40,976 nt of DNA from Octopus bimaculoides (taxonomy: Eukaryota), in contig NC_068982.1 in NCBI RefSeq assembly GCF_001194135.2, positions 159,598,369 to 159,639,344 on the forward strand, given 5' to 3'. Of this stretch, positions 11,701 to 25,679 are shown in pieces (position 1 is the first letter of the stretch; the number at the start of each line of letters is the position of its first letter). Both the position numbers and the translations under genes were made by a program. Under the pieces are notes generated by a model. That model did no database searches and had not been told where the DNA came from. It saw nothing but the letters and a program-made list of their open reading frames with translations.

Positions 11701-12929
11701 AACAGTTTATCTAGACAGAATTACCAATGTTCTTGGATTAGTTACTTATATTTTCTGAAACATCTAATCTGAACGCTATGATTTTTCTTTATTCTCTATT
11801 TTCGTAAACCTTTTTTTATTCACCTGTTCGTAAAACATATTTATTATTAAGTATTTTTTACAACGCCGTTCTACAACGCCTTTTAATACGATTGCAATTC
11901 TAAATGTCTCTACATATATCTTTATACAGCTATACTTTCATATATCGAAACTTTTATAACTTAATCTTATTCGACTATTTTTTAGATTTATCGTGAATGT
12001 TTATATATTTATGTATTCATAGATATTTAATGTTTTAATATTTTAATGTTTTATACGTATGCATATTCAAAAAGTGATATTCATCGATCCATGGCGCAAC
12101 ATATGTTTATATAAATTGGTGAACGTATTTGAATTATCCTCAACATTTCTATATACTGCGCCCCGGGCGTTTATCTGAGCACTTCAAACTACTGCCTACA
12201 CAATACACGAATTTTACTATATGTATACACATATTTATATATATACACACATACCTAAACGAGCACATCCACGCACACTCGCACATATATTTATGTATGG
12301 CTATATAGTACAGGGAAGAAAATAATTACGAACGCCGTATCGCTGTAAGAACAGTAGAGAAAAAATTGGGTATTTGTAAAAAGACGTAAAAAATATTTCT
12401 TTAGCTTAATGATAAAGCACGGCCGGTGTTTGAGGGTTGCTAGTTTCTATTCCGTAGCTACCTGTTGGCAAGTTTTCTTTCTTCCTTTCTTATAAGAGAA
12501 TAAGGACATACTCGTACGCTGCTCTTCTCACAGCTGCACTGCGTTCAACATTTACTTTCTTCTTTGTAAACCAAAAATTTGACATTCCTCAAGTTTGTTT
12601 ATATGGAGTAGATAGAACAGTGGACAACTGATGAAGGGAATGTTCTTTATATTGCCTGTCTCGTTTCACTATTTGTTTCTTTCATTTTCTAAACACGTTC
12701 GTTCTCTGTTTTTGTTCTTTATGCATGTATATATGCATATATTTATATATTATTTATATATTATTATTGCATGATCGAACGCCACGCATCCGTTTCCAAG
12801 TAAGTTGTGTATATATATATAAAACTTACATGAATATATATATATATGCATACATATATATTTGGAATTTATAAAAAAACACAAAACAAAAGACGGAGAC
12901 AGGTGTACAAACAACAAAGAGATGTATTA

Positions 12930-13208
12930 GTTTAACGTTCGGGAAGTGAGAAAGTCTTTCTCGGTGCACACTTTTGAACGGAGTGCATGCCAGAAGGTTG
13001 CACATCCAACGGAGGCCTCAAAAGACACGTTAAGATCTACAAAGAGCAGAACTTATCTGCAGGTATCAGTCGTCCAAATCAGAGGTAAAATCTCTGTGTG
13101 TCTTTTCAGAACATTGTCTGGTTTAAAAAGCTACATCAGACGCCATGATGGTGCTAAAATGTATGTGCAGGAGGTGGTCAAACTCTGTATAACGAGTAGA
13201 CAACCAAT
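12930..13208 (+). mobile_element. Second, shorter 3' end of the same zinc-finger RTE family as 5640-6325
   Basis: Direct nucleotide similarity to 6130-6325 (GTGTCTTTTCAGAACATTGTCTGG versus GTGTCTTTTCAATACATTGTCTGG; GAGGTGGTCAAACTC versus GAGGTGGTCAGACTC). Peptides TSNGGLKRHVKI and CLFRTLSGLKSYIRRH. Confidence 0.8.
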
Positions 13209-13334
<126 letters not shown>

Positions 13335-14734
13335 GCAGTTCGAACAATTGTTCTCCTTACTGCAATTAATGCATACGAGACAGTATTTGTAGCCTGTCTG
13401 GTGTCTTAACGCAATCTTCAGGCAATGTCTACATGACATTACAATCGAAAGATAAGAAGACGTTAGAATGAAAGAAATTGCAAAGAAAGACGAGAAAAAC
13501 TAGATATAAAATGTGCCATTTTGAAAGCCGGAAAACGAATAAGAAAAGAGTAAAATGTAAAAGGGTAGAATTAGAGTTCTTCCCCTTTCACCGTATAATG
13601 TAATGCTGGAAAGATTGTAGCTCAGAATATGCTGTACAACAGTTCAAAGCAGAGAGGGTAGTACTTTCCTATTCGTGAACAGGAACTTAGCCAAATGCTT
13701 ACAGCAGCTGAAAATTCTGGGTCGAAAATACAGCAGTGTGATAGAGTTCTTAGGTCTGAAAGTGAACTGATTATTTCAGCTACATGTAGCTTAATTTTTT
13801 TTCATCTGTTAACATGTGATGTGCAGTTTGCGATATTCCCCACGTTATCGTATGTGATGTGGCGTTCGACTTCAAAAGTGATAAATGGCTAGCCACCTTA
13901 GTAGCTTTATTTATTTATTTATTTATTTTTCTGTTGATATCACCATGAAGGAGCAATACTCTATGTGTATATATATTACAAAGATGTTATAGACCCTCTG
14001 CCGAAAGACATCGTCGTATGTTTTAGAAAAATAAAACTTTTTTCTTTGTAGAATATACTGAAATATTAGGAATATAGTGAAGAGGACGAAACATATTTAG
14101 TGAACGATATTTAAAAGAACAGAGGAAAACGTACACACAAATAAAAAAAAATCTATTTTTAAATGATAAATATATATTTGGACTAAAAATTACATTGAGT
14201 GCCAAGGAAGGAGAACTAAATAAACTATTCTTTAGAACACTCTGATTGAATATTAGAAAGATCATTTTGTTCTGTAAGTACGATGAAACATCAAACCGAG
14301 CATTCATACAAAATCGGAACAAGAAATCAATGCAAATTATCCCGTACCAAAAGGAACTAAATCTGCAGAGAAACGTCAATGTGAACACCTAGTTTGGTAG
14401 ACGGAGCCAATAAAAGTAATCGCATCACCCGTGAAGCGCATCCTACACTTTTGAAAAATATATGAATTATAGTATTGCATTCTACAATGGAGATAACGTA
14501 TTATAGGTTTCATTATGCGTGAAATCCTTATAAGTGTGATAACGATTGAAAATATTTAGAAAATCCGTGTGTTTAATCAGAAACAAACTGGAACTATACT
14601 TCATCTCCATATAACAGAAGAAAAAGGAAGATAACAAATGGATAAATAATAAAGAATATTACACCACGCATTCTCAGAACGATTGTTGGTGAACTCTTCG
14701 TTACTTACGAAATGATATTGCCTTCAGCAATATA

Positions 14735-14945
14735 TGCGTAATGAAATCAATCGCCATCAGAAAGACAAAGGGCTATAAAATGCAACCATGTCTCACGCTG
14801 ACAGCAATTTTGAACATATTGGTATTTTTGCTGCTCGCCTTCATGCAACACTATAATGTCCTGATGAGAGACTTAAAGAAATTGTTACATCGGGATTTCA
14901 TAGACCCAAGATTTTGTAGGGGTGCATCTCGGTGAAAACTGTCGA
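14735..14945 (-). mobile_element. Short decayed non-LTR RT fragment (RTE/CR1-like, GVRQGC region)
   Basis: The minus strand reads KILGL*, LIRTL and NMFKIAVSVRHGCIL*PFVFLMAIDFI, matching the GVRQGCxLSPxLF RT motif. Confidence 0.65.
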
Positions 14946-14957
14946 ATACTCTTGATG

Positions 14958-14989
<32 letters not shown>

Positions 14990-16690
14990 NNNNNNNNNNN
15001 NNNNNNNNNNNNNNNNNNNNNNNNNNNNNNNNNNNNNNNNNNNNNNNNNNNNNNNNNNNNNNNNNNNNNNNNNNNNNNNNNNNNNNNNNNTATATATACG
15101 TATATATATTGACATTATGGCAACATTTACACTTCATTGTTTACTCTTAATTCAAAGCTTCAGTTTACACAAAATGGTTTATTAATGACTTTGAAAATAT
15201 GGCCTTCATGAAACCTGAATGAATCTTTGAATTTTGTCTAATAAATTATAAATTCAATTATGCGTGTTTATATAATACATAAAATAAACCCAAATTTCAA
15301 ATCGCAAGTATTTAAAAAGCGCTGCAATTCCGTTTTGAAATTGCAAAATTGATTACAATCTATTTTATTAGATCAAATATTGGGAGAGAATTATATCAGG
15401 TGATAATCAACTATGAGCATTTGTGTACAGATCACACACGATCACTCTACATTTCCTACCTTATGATATGTGTGAGTGTATGTATGTGTCCGAGTATGAA
15501 ACTCGTAACACGCTTCAATACAAGGACGAAAAGTATAGACAGAAACAGTTTAAATAAGCGAATCCCTAACAGGTCTTTCACAGTCATGTCATTTTTTTTT
15601 TCAGTTGATGCATTCGCACATAGATACTCTGTGTTAATTAACTGTCAAAGATACGTTAAATGCAATAGTTGTTTCTGTGTTGATGCCATACATTTGTCAA
15701 AACTTTTATATTTCGGCAAAAGAAAGCAATATTGATATAGAAATGAGATCAATTAAACCTTGTTCTTTCTTTAAATTATAAGTTATAGTAGAGAAAAAAT
15801 ATGGCCGTTAATAAATCCACGTGACATCGCAGTGTATCTAAATTATATCTTGTGCGTACAGTAATTTTCTCAGCATTAGCTTTTCGTTCTCTCATTACAT
15901 ATTTTAGATAGAAATGAGTTATTTTTTCCAATAAAATGATGTTTTCGGATAAATGGAAATCATCAGCAAATCAATGTTACCTAGATATGTTAAGCTATCA
16001 TATATTCATTGATTTCTAACAAATGAACAACAGTAGCGAATCATGTCATTAAAACAGATGCGCTTAAATTTTGTCTTCGTCACATTAAGTGTATTCATTA
16101 AAAGGCAAAACTGAACTATGTCAAATGTTTTGATAGAATTCAGAGAAAAAAATCCTTGTGTCGAGTAATAATAAGTACAAGATCGCCATTGATTGATGTA
16201 TATCTAATTAGTAGCTCTAAAAGTTAGGGGTTTTTATGCAGTTGATGAATTAATATGCTTAAGTGGCAGGAATATGATTGACAATTTTTGCACTTTAGTT
16301 TTCTATATATTTTTGTAGATACACATAACTTAATGGGTGTGCTGTAACATTGTTGCTCTATGTGCAAGCAAGAGTAATCATATAACCATGGAATCAAAAC
16401 TACTTTTTGATAATTGCTAAATCATAGAGAAGTATGATAAAAAATGTATCCGTATATATAAATAATAAATTGATATTCATTATATAGGTAATTAGTGAAA
16501 TACCATCACGTACCGAAAGACATAATAATAGAAAATTATATGAATGGCATATAGTTGAACGAGTCGACTAAAATAAGCATTAATATTTTAAAGTCTGATG
16601 TTTATCCTTGCAGCCCTTTTAACGAATCGTTAGGTTGCATGTGAAGCTCTGGTCGGCTGCAAATACAAAGACAAAAACACGTGCACATAA

Positions 16691-16738
<48 letters not shown>

Positions 16739-16769
16739 ATCCCTTCACACATACACCCCCTTCACATAT

Positions 16770-16864
16770 ATACGGCGACTTTTGCTTAAGCCGCCAAGCT
16801 GTGTGCCTGAACTACGAAGCATATGGTTGGAAAGCGAAATTCTTACCACACGGCTACGCCCACG
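16770..16864 (-). mobile_element. Degenerate tRNA-derived SINE head, with an adjacent (CA)n tract at 16693-16737
   Basis: CTGAACTACGAAGCATATGGTTGGAAAGCGAAATTCTTACCACACGGCTACGCC resembles the heads at 21990-22050 and 26950-27003. Confidence 0.5.
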
Positions 16865-19825
16865 ATTCTATTCATTTCTATTTCAAATTTGAACGTACAT
16901 TTCAAATAACGTACGAATATATATTGCGTAGATAGAGCGACAGGTTTATGAGATTCTATCTGCAACGACGTGAGACTAGATAATACTTTCTTTGTGATGT
17001 TTGTGCTGTATTACAATTTTAAGACGGAAATTGCGGAGAAGAACACCACACGCAAATAGATACGTATATAAGTACACGCACACACAGAAACACACACACA
17101 CATACACACACATACACACAAATAAACACACATACACAAACATATAAACATTCACACACACGTATTATTGAAGAGATGTATGTAACATACAACATTTCTA
17201 CAACTCAGCATACATTTAATAAAAATTTCCATTTTTGTTGATCGAATAATGTGTTGGGCAATAATTCAGAATAATTAGGTATAATTGTGTAAATCTGTGC
17301 AATCTACATTGCATGCACCAATTATGTTTATCACCTGACATACTATATTAAGCAAATATGACATCAATTCCAGAGAAAGCTTTAATTTTAATTAAATATT
17401 TATATGTTATAATTCTTGAAACATATGAATCTTCTAATCACATTGTAGAGGAAGAAGGCTCGTAAGTGATTAGAAAGTAATTACAACGAAATTAATAATG
17501 AGTTATATGTTATTACTATTCCACGATGATATCATAACTGGATATTAGACACAATTAGTAACTACAGTAAAACACCAACGTAATATTCTGTAGTGGAACA
17601 GTAAAAACATTAGTTACCGAGTACATTTGAATAGACAATTTGTATATGCAAAGCTAAATTAAATAATACCATTGGAAAATAATAACAATGTCTTTCTGGC
17701 TTTGGTTAGTCAATGTTATTTCTTATTTTCTTCTGTCTAGAAATCGAAAGAAATAACTATTATTCCCCTCAAACATTACTTTTGTCGCCTGGAGATCAAT
17801 GTTTTGAAACCAATCTATTTTCCATTGGATTTCAGTCAGATTTTGCTCAAAGCTGCTGAAGCAGAAATATCGTTGTAGCGAACATTCTGCTCAATACCAT
17901 CGATTTAGTTGTCAGTTGCTTGACCTTTTCCACTTGCGCATGTCTCTTTGTGGCTGACAATGTGTGCATCTCTGATCATAGGCAGGAATAGTGAAGGAGC
18001 ATTATAGCTGTGTCGAGAGGCATTTTTTAATGGTTTGAATAAATATAACAAAAGCAGTTTGAAAGAAATATTATTCATTTTTCATACTTTCTATGGGTAG
18101 GAAAACAGGAAATAATAATTGTTACTTGAGTACAAAAATCGTGTTGCACAGTGTAATTTGTGTTTATGGAATTACTGTTTAAAATTACAGCAAATTCTAC
18201 GAAGATGTACCATAGTACATAAAATAGTTTATATTTATTCCTTTTTATGTTCATTAATGGTTAGCATTTCCTAAATGCAATGGCTGCAAAACAAAAAGGA
18301 TACATCATATTTTGTATCGAGAGAATCTGGATATTTTGACATATACAAAGTTAGTACTTTCAATATTATACAAATAACTTCACGCTGAAGCATACAAATA
18401 ATTTCAACTGAGTCTGTAACTTCGGGTTATTTGTATTTTAAATCTGGGAAAATTTTATTGACGCCATATCAGTTAGTTAACTTCGTGTTGGATATTTGCT
18501 TCAAGAACTTTTATATTTATTTATTATTAACAAAGTCGTTTCAAAATATTAAGTGAAGCCTTAATATTATAAGGAAAACGATCATTGGTTGAACATTCTT
18601 TTGATATTCATGGTACATTTTTGCAATTAATAAATGTTTAACAATATTCTTTCTTCAGAAATTGCAAGAAGAAAAACATATATAAAGATATTAAAATTTG
18701 AAATATTCCACTTTCTGCCTGCTCTATAGAACGCATTGGTATACACGCCTTTTACTAGAGCCATTATTAGAAAATTGTATTGTTCCTCTTGCTTTTTACT
18801 GGCAAGTATATTTCACAAATATAAGTGAACGTGTGAAAAATTTAATATATAATATTAGATTTTAATATAACATTAAACAATTTCAGTTGTATTTACATGC
18901 TTCACTAAAATAGATTTTTCTTTTAATATCCAAGTCATATAATTTTTTTTAGTCGTTTTGCTATGTTTAATTTTTCTACCTAATTTATTTAATATTTGTT
19001 TATGAAAACAAAATGCATTTGAATTATTGTTATCTCATTCTTACATTAAACTTTTTCATTTATTGTGTCGAAAATTATCAGCTTAGTGTTTCGAAGCTAT
19101 CTGAAATTAATAGAAAAATTCAAATGAAAACAACTTTTAACAACTTCACATATTTATCTTCATATAGAACCAATTCAAAACAACGAATATTAAAGTGTGT
19201 TAGGCTAATCACTCAATGAGTAGACAGACTAATATTGTAAACACCACTAGACCGCAACATATCAATATGTACATTTTCATTTGAACAGCAAGTAAAGGCA
19301 TTTAGTAATATCTCATTCAATATTAAATTATATTTTATAACAAAAATCAAATATTATATTATATTAAACCTAGTATAGAATAATATATATTATAAAGTTT
19401 GCAATGTTCTTCACCTATTATTAAATGAGTAATTGCAGCCTAATACGAAACATAACTCATTTACTTACCACACTACGTAGTCTTTCAGATGGTTGCCTAA
19501 ACTGTTATTTGATATCATATCTAATTACACTGAATAGACACTGCAGACAGTATACTGATACCATATGTTGAAATTTGATTTTACATTGATTGAGAACGTA
19601 TAAATAAAGACAGCATCATAGCGACTCCGGTCTCTGAGAACGAATGAAGACCATGGGCTCTGGCCCTTTATCCAAACCTAAGTTACATAAAAATCTAATG
19701 ATCCGCTATTTCGAAAATATTTATGGTGACCGAATTACTCTTAAATCCCATATACATATAAAACTATTTAGTGACAAAAAAATAATTAACAATATTGACA
19801 ATAATCACTGATTTATTACATATCA

Positions 19826-20209
19826 TGTTGTTGTTGGCACTCCATCGCTTACGACGTAAAGGGTTCCAGTTGATCCGATCAACGGAACAGCCTGCTCGTG
19901 AAAATAACGTGAAAGTGACTGAGCAATCCACAGGCACATGTACCCTTAACGCAGTTCTCGGGGATGTTCAGCGTGACAGTGTGACAAGGCTGGCCCTTTG
20001 AAATACAGGTACAACAGAAACAGGAAGAAAGAGTGAGACACTTGTAGTGAAGGAGTACAAAAGGGTTCTCCACCACACCCTACCGGAGGCTCGTGGCACA
20101 TTAGGTGTTTTCGCTCAATAAACACTTGCAGCGCTCGGTCTGGGAATCGAAGCTGCGATCCTACGACCGCGAGTCCGCTGCCCTAACCACTGGGCTATTG
20201 CGCCTCCAC
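19826..20209 (-). mobile_element. Full-length tRNA-derived SINE with (CAA)n tail
   Basis: The minus-strand head GGAGGCGCAATAGCCCAGTGGTTAGGGCAGCGGACTCGCGG...GCTTCGATTCCC has pol III A-box-like and B-box-like motifs. Its 3' half is shared with 40463-40602, and it ends GCGATGGAGTGCCAACAACAAC. Confidence 0.85.
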
Positions 20210-20374
20210 TCACATATCAAAATACCGGGTTAAAATGATATATAATTTCGGTTTGAAGTATAATGTGTTACAAGATGAGTTTTCACGAATATCAGTGCTG
20301 CATGAAACATAAATCTAATTTTGTGAGTGAGCAGGCACACTTATAAAAACAAGCATATATACTGACTGCTAAAT

Positions 20375-20600
20375 GAACAAATCTGGATAGGCTGGCAACA
20401 TTGTGTGACTGAGAGACAATAGATGGACAATCAGAATGAGAGAATGGACATCAAAACAATAGATAAGATCAAGAGGCCGCCGAGGACAAGCTGTGAAGAT
20501 AAGCCTACCCGCTACGTGGGACATTCGTGGCCACAACTGGCCAGTGGTAGAAATTAGTGGAAGGAGTTCAGGGAGGTATTCTTCCTTCAGATAAAATGAA
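20375..20600 (+). mobile_element. Decayed 3' end of another RTE-clade LINE family
   Basis: AGNIV*LRDNRWTIRMREWTSKQ*IRSRGR, then YVGHSWPQLASGRN*WKEFREVFFLQ, resembling the RTE-1-type C-terminus WAGHxxRxxDxRW...RGR...WK. Confidence 0.7.
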
Positions 20601-20800
20601 AGCTTGAATAAAAGAAAAAGGAAATGAATGGTCAAAGGACGAAATAATTATATGTAATCGCATTGATTATTAGATTTTATTACGACTGCCATATACAAAC
20701 TCCAACGGAATTCATTTCGCACTGAGTACTGGAATTTAAATGAAAGATATAATCCAATCTACAAATAAACAAAAGTTGATTAGAGCATACACATAGTCAG

Positions 20801-20950
<150 letters not shown>

Positions 20951-21819
20951 ATAAACACAACAACAAGTGTGATAGTAAATTCATAGTTATAAATGAACTC
21001 AGAAGCCTTGCGTCAGCCATAATCCCGTTTGTAATGACTCGGGTATTGCTTTTGAAAAAGGAAGGTAATACTAACGATTTCTTCGCATGGGATTTGTAAA
21101 CTGCACTTAAGTTGCAAGCTACTATGGTCTTGACAGCACTCTGTACATGAAGGCCAATATCACCACTGCCCGCTTGTTCAAATGCAGTATTTGCAGTGGT
21201 TATTGCTGGACAACATTATTCGTATATGTAAGCGTGTAAATATTTTAAAATCTTTTCACAAATGTTGACAGTTTTGGACTAGTTGAGACAATAAACAAGG
21301 ATTCCTAGAAAACCTATTAGAATCCTGAATTACCTTATCTAATCTGCATCCTATTCAAACGTTCATTTGTGTAAATACGTCTTCATAGAGTAATCAATTA
21401 GATTGAAATACCCATATGATGGAAATGTCAAAACCAGTGAAATCTTTTGCAGAGCAATTTATCCAACGTCTTTGATCTTCTTGAATCCACTATGAGCACA
21501 ATACTGATTTTTTTTAGTTTCCAATATGTGACATAGCGTGGCATTGTCAAAGGCATATGAATGTTCCGAGATGCGTTGCAAGTTCATAAGCCGATGAGAC
21601 AGAATTCTGTCTGAAATAGATAGCCGACAAACGAAAGTATATCCATTCACAACATTTGTACTGTCAGGATTGAGTTTAAAAAAATGCATTACGTGAGCGT
21701 CTTTACATGACTGATATTCTGTTCCAATTTACGTGTAATCGGGAAATTTCCAGAATATATAGTTTGATGCAATATATTACCTGACTAAGTGATATATAAT
21801 GTCTGAGAAGCATTCAACA

Positions 21820-22050
21820 GATCATACACACACAATGACATGCACAAACACACACGCAAGACACAGACACACATACACATATATACATATACGATGGGCT
21901 TCTTTCAATTTCCGTCTACCAAATCCACTCACACGGCTTTGCTCTGCCCGAACCTATAGTAGAAGACGCTTATCCAAGGCACCACGCAGTGGGATTGAAC
22001 TCGGAACCATGATGCTGGGAAGCATGTGTCTTACCAAATAACCACGACTA
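21820..22050 (-). mobile_element. Partial tRNA-derived SINE (head, core and internal CA-rich tract)
   Basis: GGGCTTCTTTCAATTTCCGTCTACCAAATCCACTCAC...GTAGAAGACGCTTATCCAAGGCACCACGCAGTGGGATTGAACTCGGAACC is colinear with 26860-27003. The minus strand has a B-box-like GGTTCCGAGTTCAATCC. Confidence 0.85.
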
Positions 22051-22813
22051 CATACATACCNNNNNNNNNNNNNNNNNNNNNNNNNNNNNNNNNNNNNNNN
22101 NNNNNNNNNNNNNNNNNNNNNNNNNNNNNNNNNNNNNNNNNNNNNNNNNNNNNNNNNNNNNNNNNNNNNNNNNNNNNNNNNNNNNNNNNNNNNNNNNNNN
22201 NNNNNNNNNNNNNNNNNNNNNNNNNNNNNNNNNNNNNNNNNNNNNNNNNNNNNNNNNNNNNNNNNNNNNNNNNNNNNNNNNNNNNNNNNNNNNNNNNNNN
22301 NNNNNNNNNNNNNNNNNNNNNNNNNNNNNNNNNNNNNNNNNNNNNNNNNNNNNNNNNNNNNNNNNNNNNNNNNNNNNNNNNNNNNNNNNNNNNNNNNNNN
22401 NNNNNNNNNNNNNNNNNNNNNNNNNNTATATGCATATACATATTTACATATATATGCATTTATACATATGTATATATAACTGTATATATATATATATTTA
22501 TATACGTATATAAATCTATCTATGCGTATATACATGTATGTATGTATACAGTAACACAAATACATACACACATACACATGTCTTAGCTCACAAATGAAGC
22601 GATATAAACATTTTGTGACACTAAATCAACAAAAGTTTTAAGTGGTTCCCTTCATAAATCAGGCAACGCGTCGTGGTAGTATGAAAACACTCTCCATTAA
22701 GGTTTCTGATCTCTGCCATCAAATTAGTAACGATATTAATCCATGCATCCACCTATCCATATTTAAAAACATACGTACATACATACATGCATACATGCAT
22801 ACATAGATTTTAA

Positions 22814-23390
22814 TGCAGACTTTATGGAGTTAACACCGAAGATATCACCCATAAGCAGCTGTCCGAAAATGTCATTACTGTATTATCTACTGATGAGACA
22901 TGCTTTTTAGCTAGGACACTATATAACGAGATCCGTAGTCAGGATACTCCAGAGGACAAAGAAATTAGAAACCATAGTGTGGTTTGAGTTTATAGCCACT
23001 CATAATAAAAAGGATTACAGGTGCAATGTCCCAGTGATAACCTCAATAAAATGTAAACACAATAGACCTGATATAATGATTTGTGATAAATATGAGGACT
23101 TCTGTACAGTGTGGTAATCAGCTGCCCAGCGGATGTTAACATAAAGCTGAAGATTAGGAAAAAAGAGAATATCTGCTACTGAAAAATATGTAGTTACTCT
23201 ATCTAGATTACTTGTTCAGGTTTATACTTATAATCATTGGGGCACTGGGATATCTAACGCACTAAATAGCAATCTTGAGAAATTAGGCTTCTCAAAACAA
23301 AAACGTTGAAAGCTGATTCGAAGGCTACAGATCAAATTCATCACTGTAACTGTAAAAGTATGTAAAACATTCAAGAGGTTTATCCTTTCA
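22814..23390 (+). mobile_element. 3' ORF fragment of an RLE-type non-LTR retrotransposon with zinc knuckle and PD-(D/E)xK-type endonuclease remnant
   Basis: CRLYGVNTEDITH..SSCPKMS...LMRHAFLARTLYNEIR, then CKHNRPDIMICDK (RPD at 23064-23072), ISCPADVNIKLKIRKKEN, IIIGALG and LIRRLQI. The reading frame is broken by frameshifts. Confidence 0.85.
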
Positions 23391-24568
23391 GTATACGAAT
23401 ATGTCTAGATATGCAACTATATGAAAGAGAATACATAAATAAAACAAAACATTCAAATCTGCACGTATACATGAATCTATACAAAAATACCTGTGCTGAG
23501 ATTTAAATTCCAGTGAAGAAACATTGGATCTAGGTTAGAAAGTGGCTCTTTTTCTATTGGCACGAAAACTGAATAATGACATACAAATACATATATGGAT
23601 GCATACATACATCCATACACACACAGACACACGCACTCACACACACATATGTACATATTTATAGATAAAGAAACAGATAAATAATGTAATACAATATATA
23701 TATATATATATATATGTATAAAAAGAAGTGAAAGATAAGCATTGATATTTATGGCGAATCTATATACTACGTAATATAAACATGCGACGTAACGTGAGCA
23801 CTATGCATAAGTGATAATTATTGTGTTACATTTTCGTGAGCATATATTTTGATATTGACGTATATAAAGAGATTATATGATGCTGGAGTCCTTTTTAAAG
23901 CTGGTCAATTTAACTCACCTAACTCCTATTTTCAGTTAGTGGTGTATGCGACCGTACAGTTCTATTCATTAATGTGAATGCAAAGTGAAGCTTCCCTCCT
24001 TGAATATATGTTCATGATATTGTCTTCCACTCTGCTATGTATGTCTACTACTAGTATGGATTAAATCACAAGACGACGATTTTAATGTGAAATATTTTAT
24101 CAAAATGAAACAGAGTACAAAAATCCATTTGTGCAACAGCTAAATTTACAATTGAGCTATACACACTTGTTTGGGGAATGGGTACTAACACATTTCTAAT
24201 CGATTTGCGCGCAGATAAAACATTATATAATAAAGCAGCTGTTTATTCTTAACTGTCACTGAATTGCTAACGGGCCTCCATTTCTATTGTTGTAATGATG
24301 AAACATTTATTACATATCCTCTGATGTAGATCAACAATCTTCGAAAATATACCTTGATCAATAACTGTCACTAAAGTTTACCCACGCACTTAGCATTCGG
24401 AGATGCAATTATTATGTCCGCTTACGCTTCCCATTCGCAGACATCTGCATTAAAATTTTTCCTGTCAATAAACATTAACTTCCTTGAGAAACATTTCCTT
24501 ATGTATCAAGTGGCGCTCTCAAGATATGTGCAGCAGTTTGACAGGGACGCATTACACACAGTCAGAAA

Positions 24569-24569
<1 letters not shown>

Positions 24570-24616
<47 letters not shown>

Positions 24617-24625
24617 TACACACAC
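24570..24625. repeat. (CA)n microsatellite
   Basis: Directly visible. Confidence 0.9.
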
Positions 24626-25496
24626 ATACGCATGTATGCATATATGTATAAATGAATAAACATTTACAAATATATGCATTAGTGGTCAAATGTACCAAAA
24701 TTCTAACGATAAACAATGGCACACCAGAACTGTAGTAGAAATCAAAGGATATGTACCTGNNNNNNNNNNNNNNNNNNNNNNNNNNNNNNNNNNNNNNNNN
24801 NNNNNNNNNNNNNNNNNNNNNNNNNNNNNNNNNNNNNNNNNNNNNNNNNNNNNNNNNNNNNNNNNNNNNNNNNNNNNNNNNNNNNNNNNNNNNNNNNNNN
24901 NNNNNNNNNNNNNNNNNNNNNNNNNNNNNNNNNNNNNNNNNNNNNNNNNNNNNNNNNNNNNNNNNNNNNNNNNNNNNNNNNNNNNNNNNNNNNNNNNNNN
25001 NNNNNNNNNNNNNNNNNNNNNNNNNNNNNNNNNNNNNNNNNNNNNNNNNNNNNNNNNNNNNNNNNNNNNNNNNNNNNNNNNNNNNNNNNNNNNNNNNNNN
25101 NNNNNNNNNNNNNNNNNNNNNNNNNNNNNNNNNNNNNNNNNNNNNNNNNNNNNNNNNNNNNNNNNNNNNNNNNNNNNNNNNNNNNNNNNNNNNNNNNNNN
25201 NNNNNNNNNNNNNNNNNNNNNNNNNNNNNNNNNNNNNNNNNNNNNNNNNNNNNNNNNNNNNNNNNNNNNNNNNNNNNNNNNNNNNNNNNNNNNNNNNNNN
25301 NNNNNNNNNNNNNNNNNNNNNNNNNNNNNNNNNNNNNNNNNNNNNNNNNNNNNNNNNNNNNNNNNNNNNNNNNNNNNNNNNNNNNNNNNNNNNNNNNNNN
25401 NNNNNNNNNNNNNNNNNNNNNNNNNNNNNNNNNNNNNNNNNNNNNNNNNNNNNNNNNNNNNNNNNNNNNNNNNNNNNNNNNNNNNNNNNNNNNNNN

Positions 25497-25527
<31 letters not shown>

Positions 25528-25679
25528 TGTGTGTATGTATGTATATAGATACGAAATACTATACGGAGCCCGAACGTAACTTCGATATGTTATTTTAAAA
25601 TCAATAAGTTGCAGTAATCTTCCTGAGAAATCATACTCTAAAGATGTTTGTTCCTAAGAATATATCAAATATATTGGCA

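Noticed and set aside
12620-12670. CTGATGA motif in a probable unclassified repeat (12330-12720)
   Set aside because: No stem II or GAAA closure follows, and the repeat class cannot be supported from this window.
17760-18020. Minus-strand reading with protein-like composition (DGIEQNVRYNDISASAALSKI)
   Set aside because: It has three in-frame stops, no recognisable family and no splice support.
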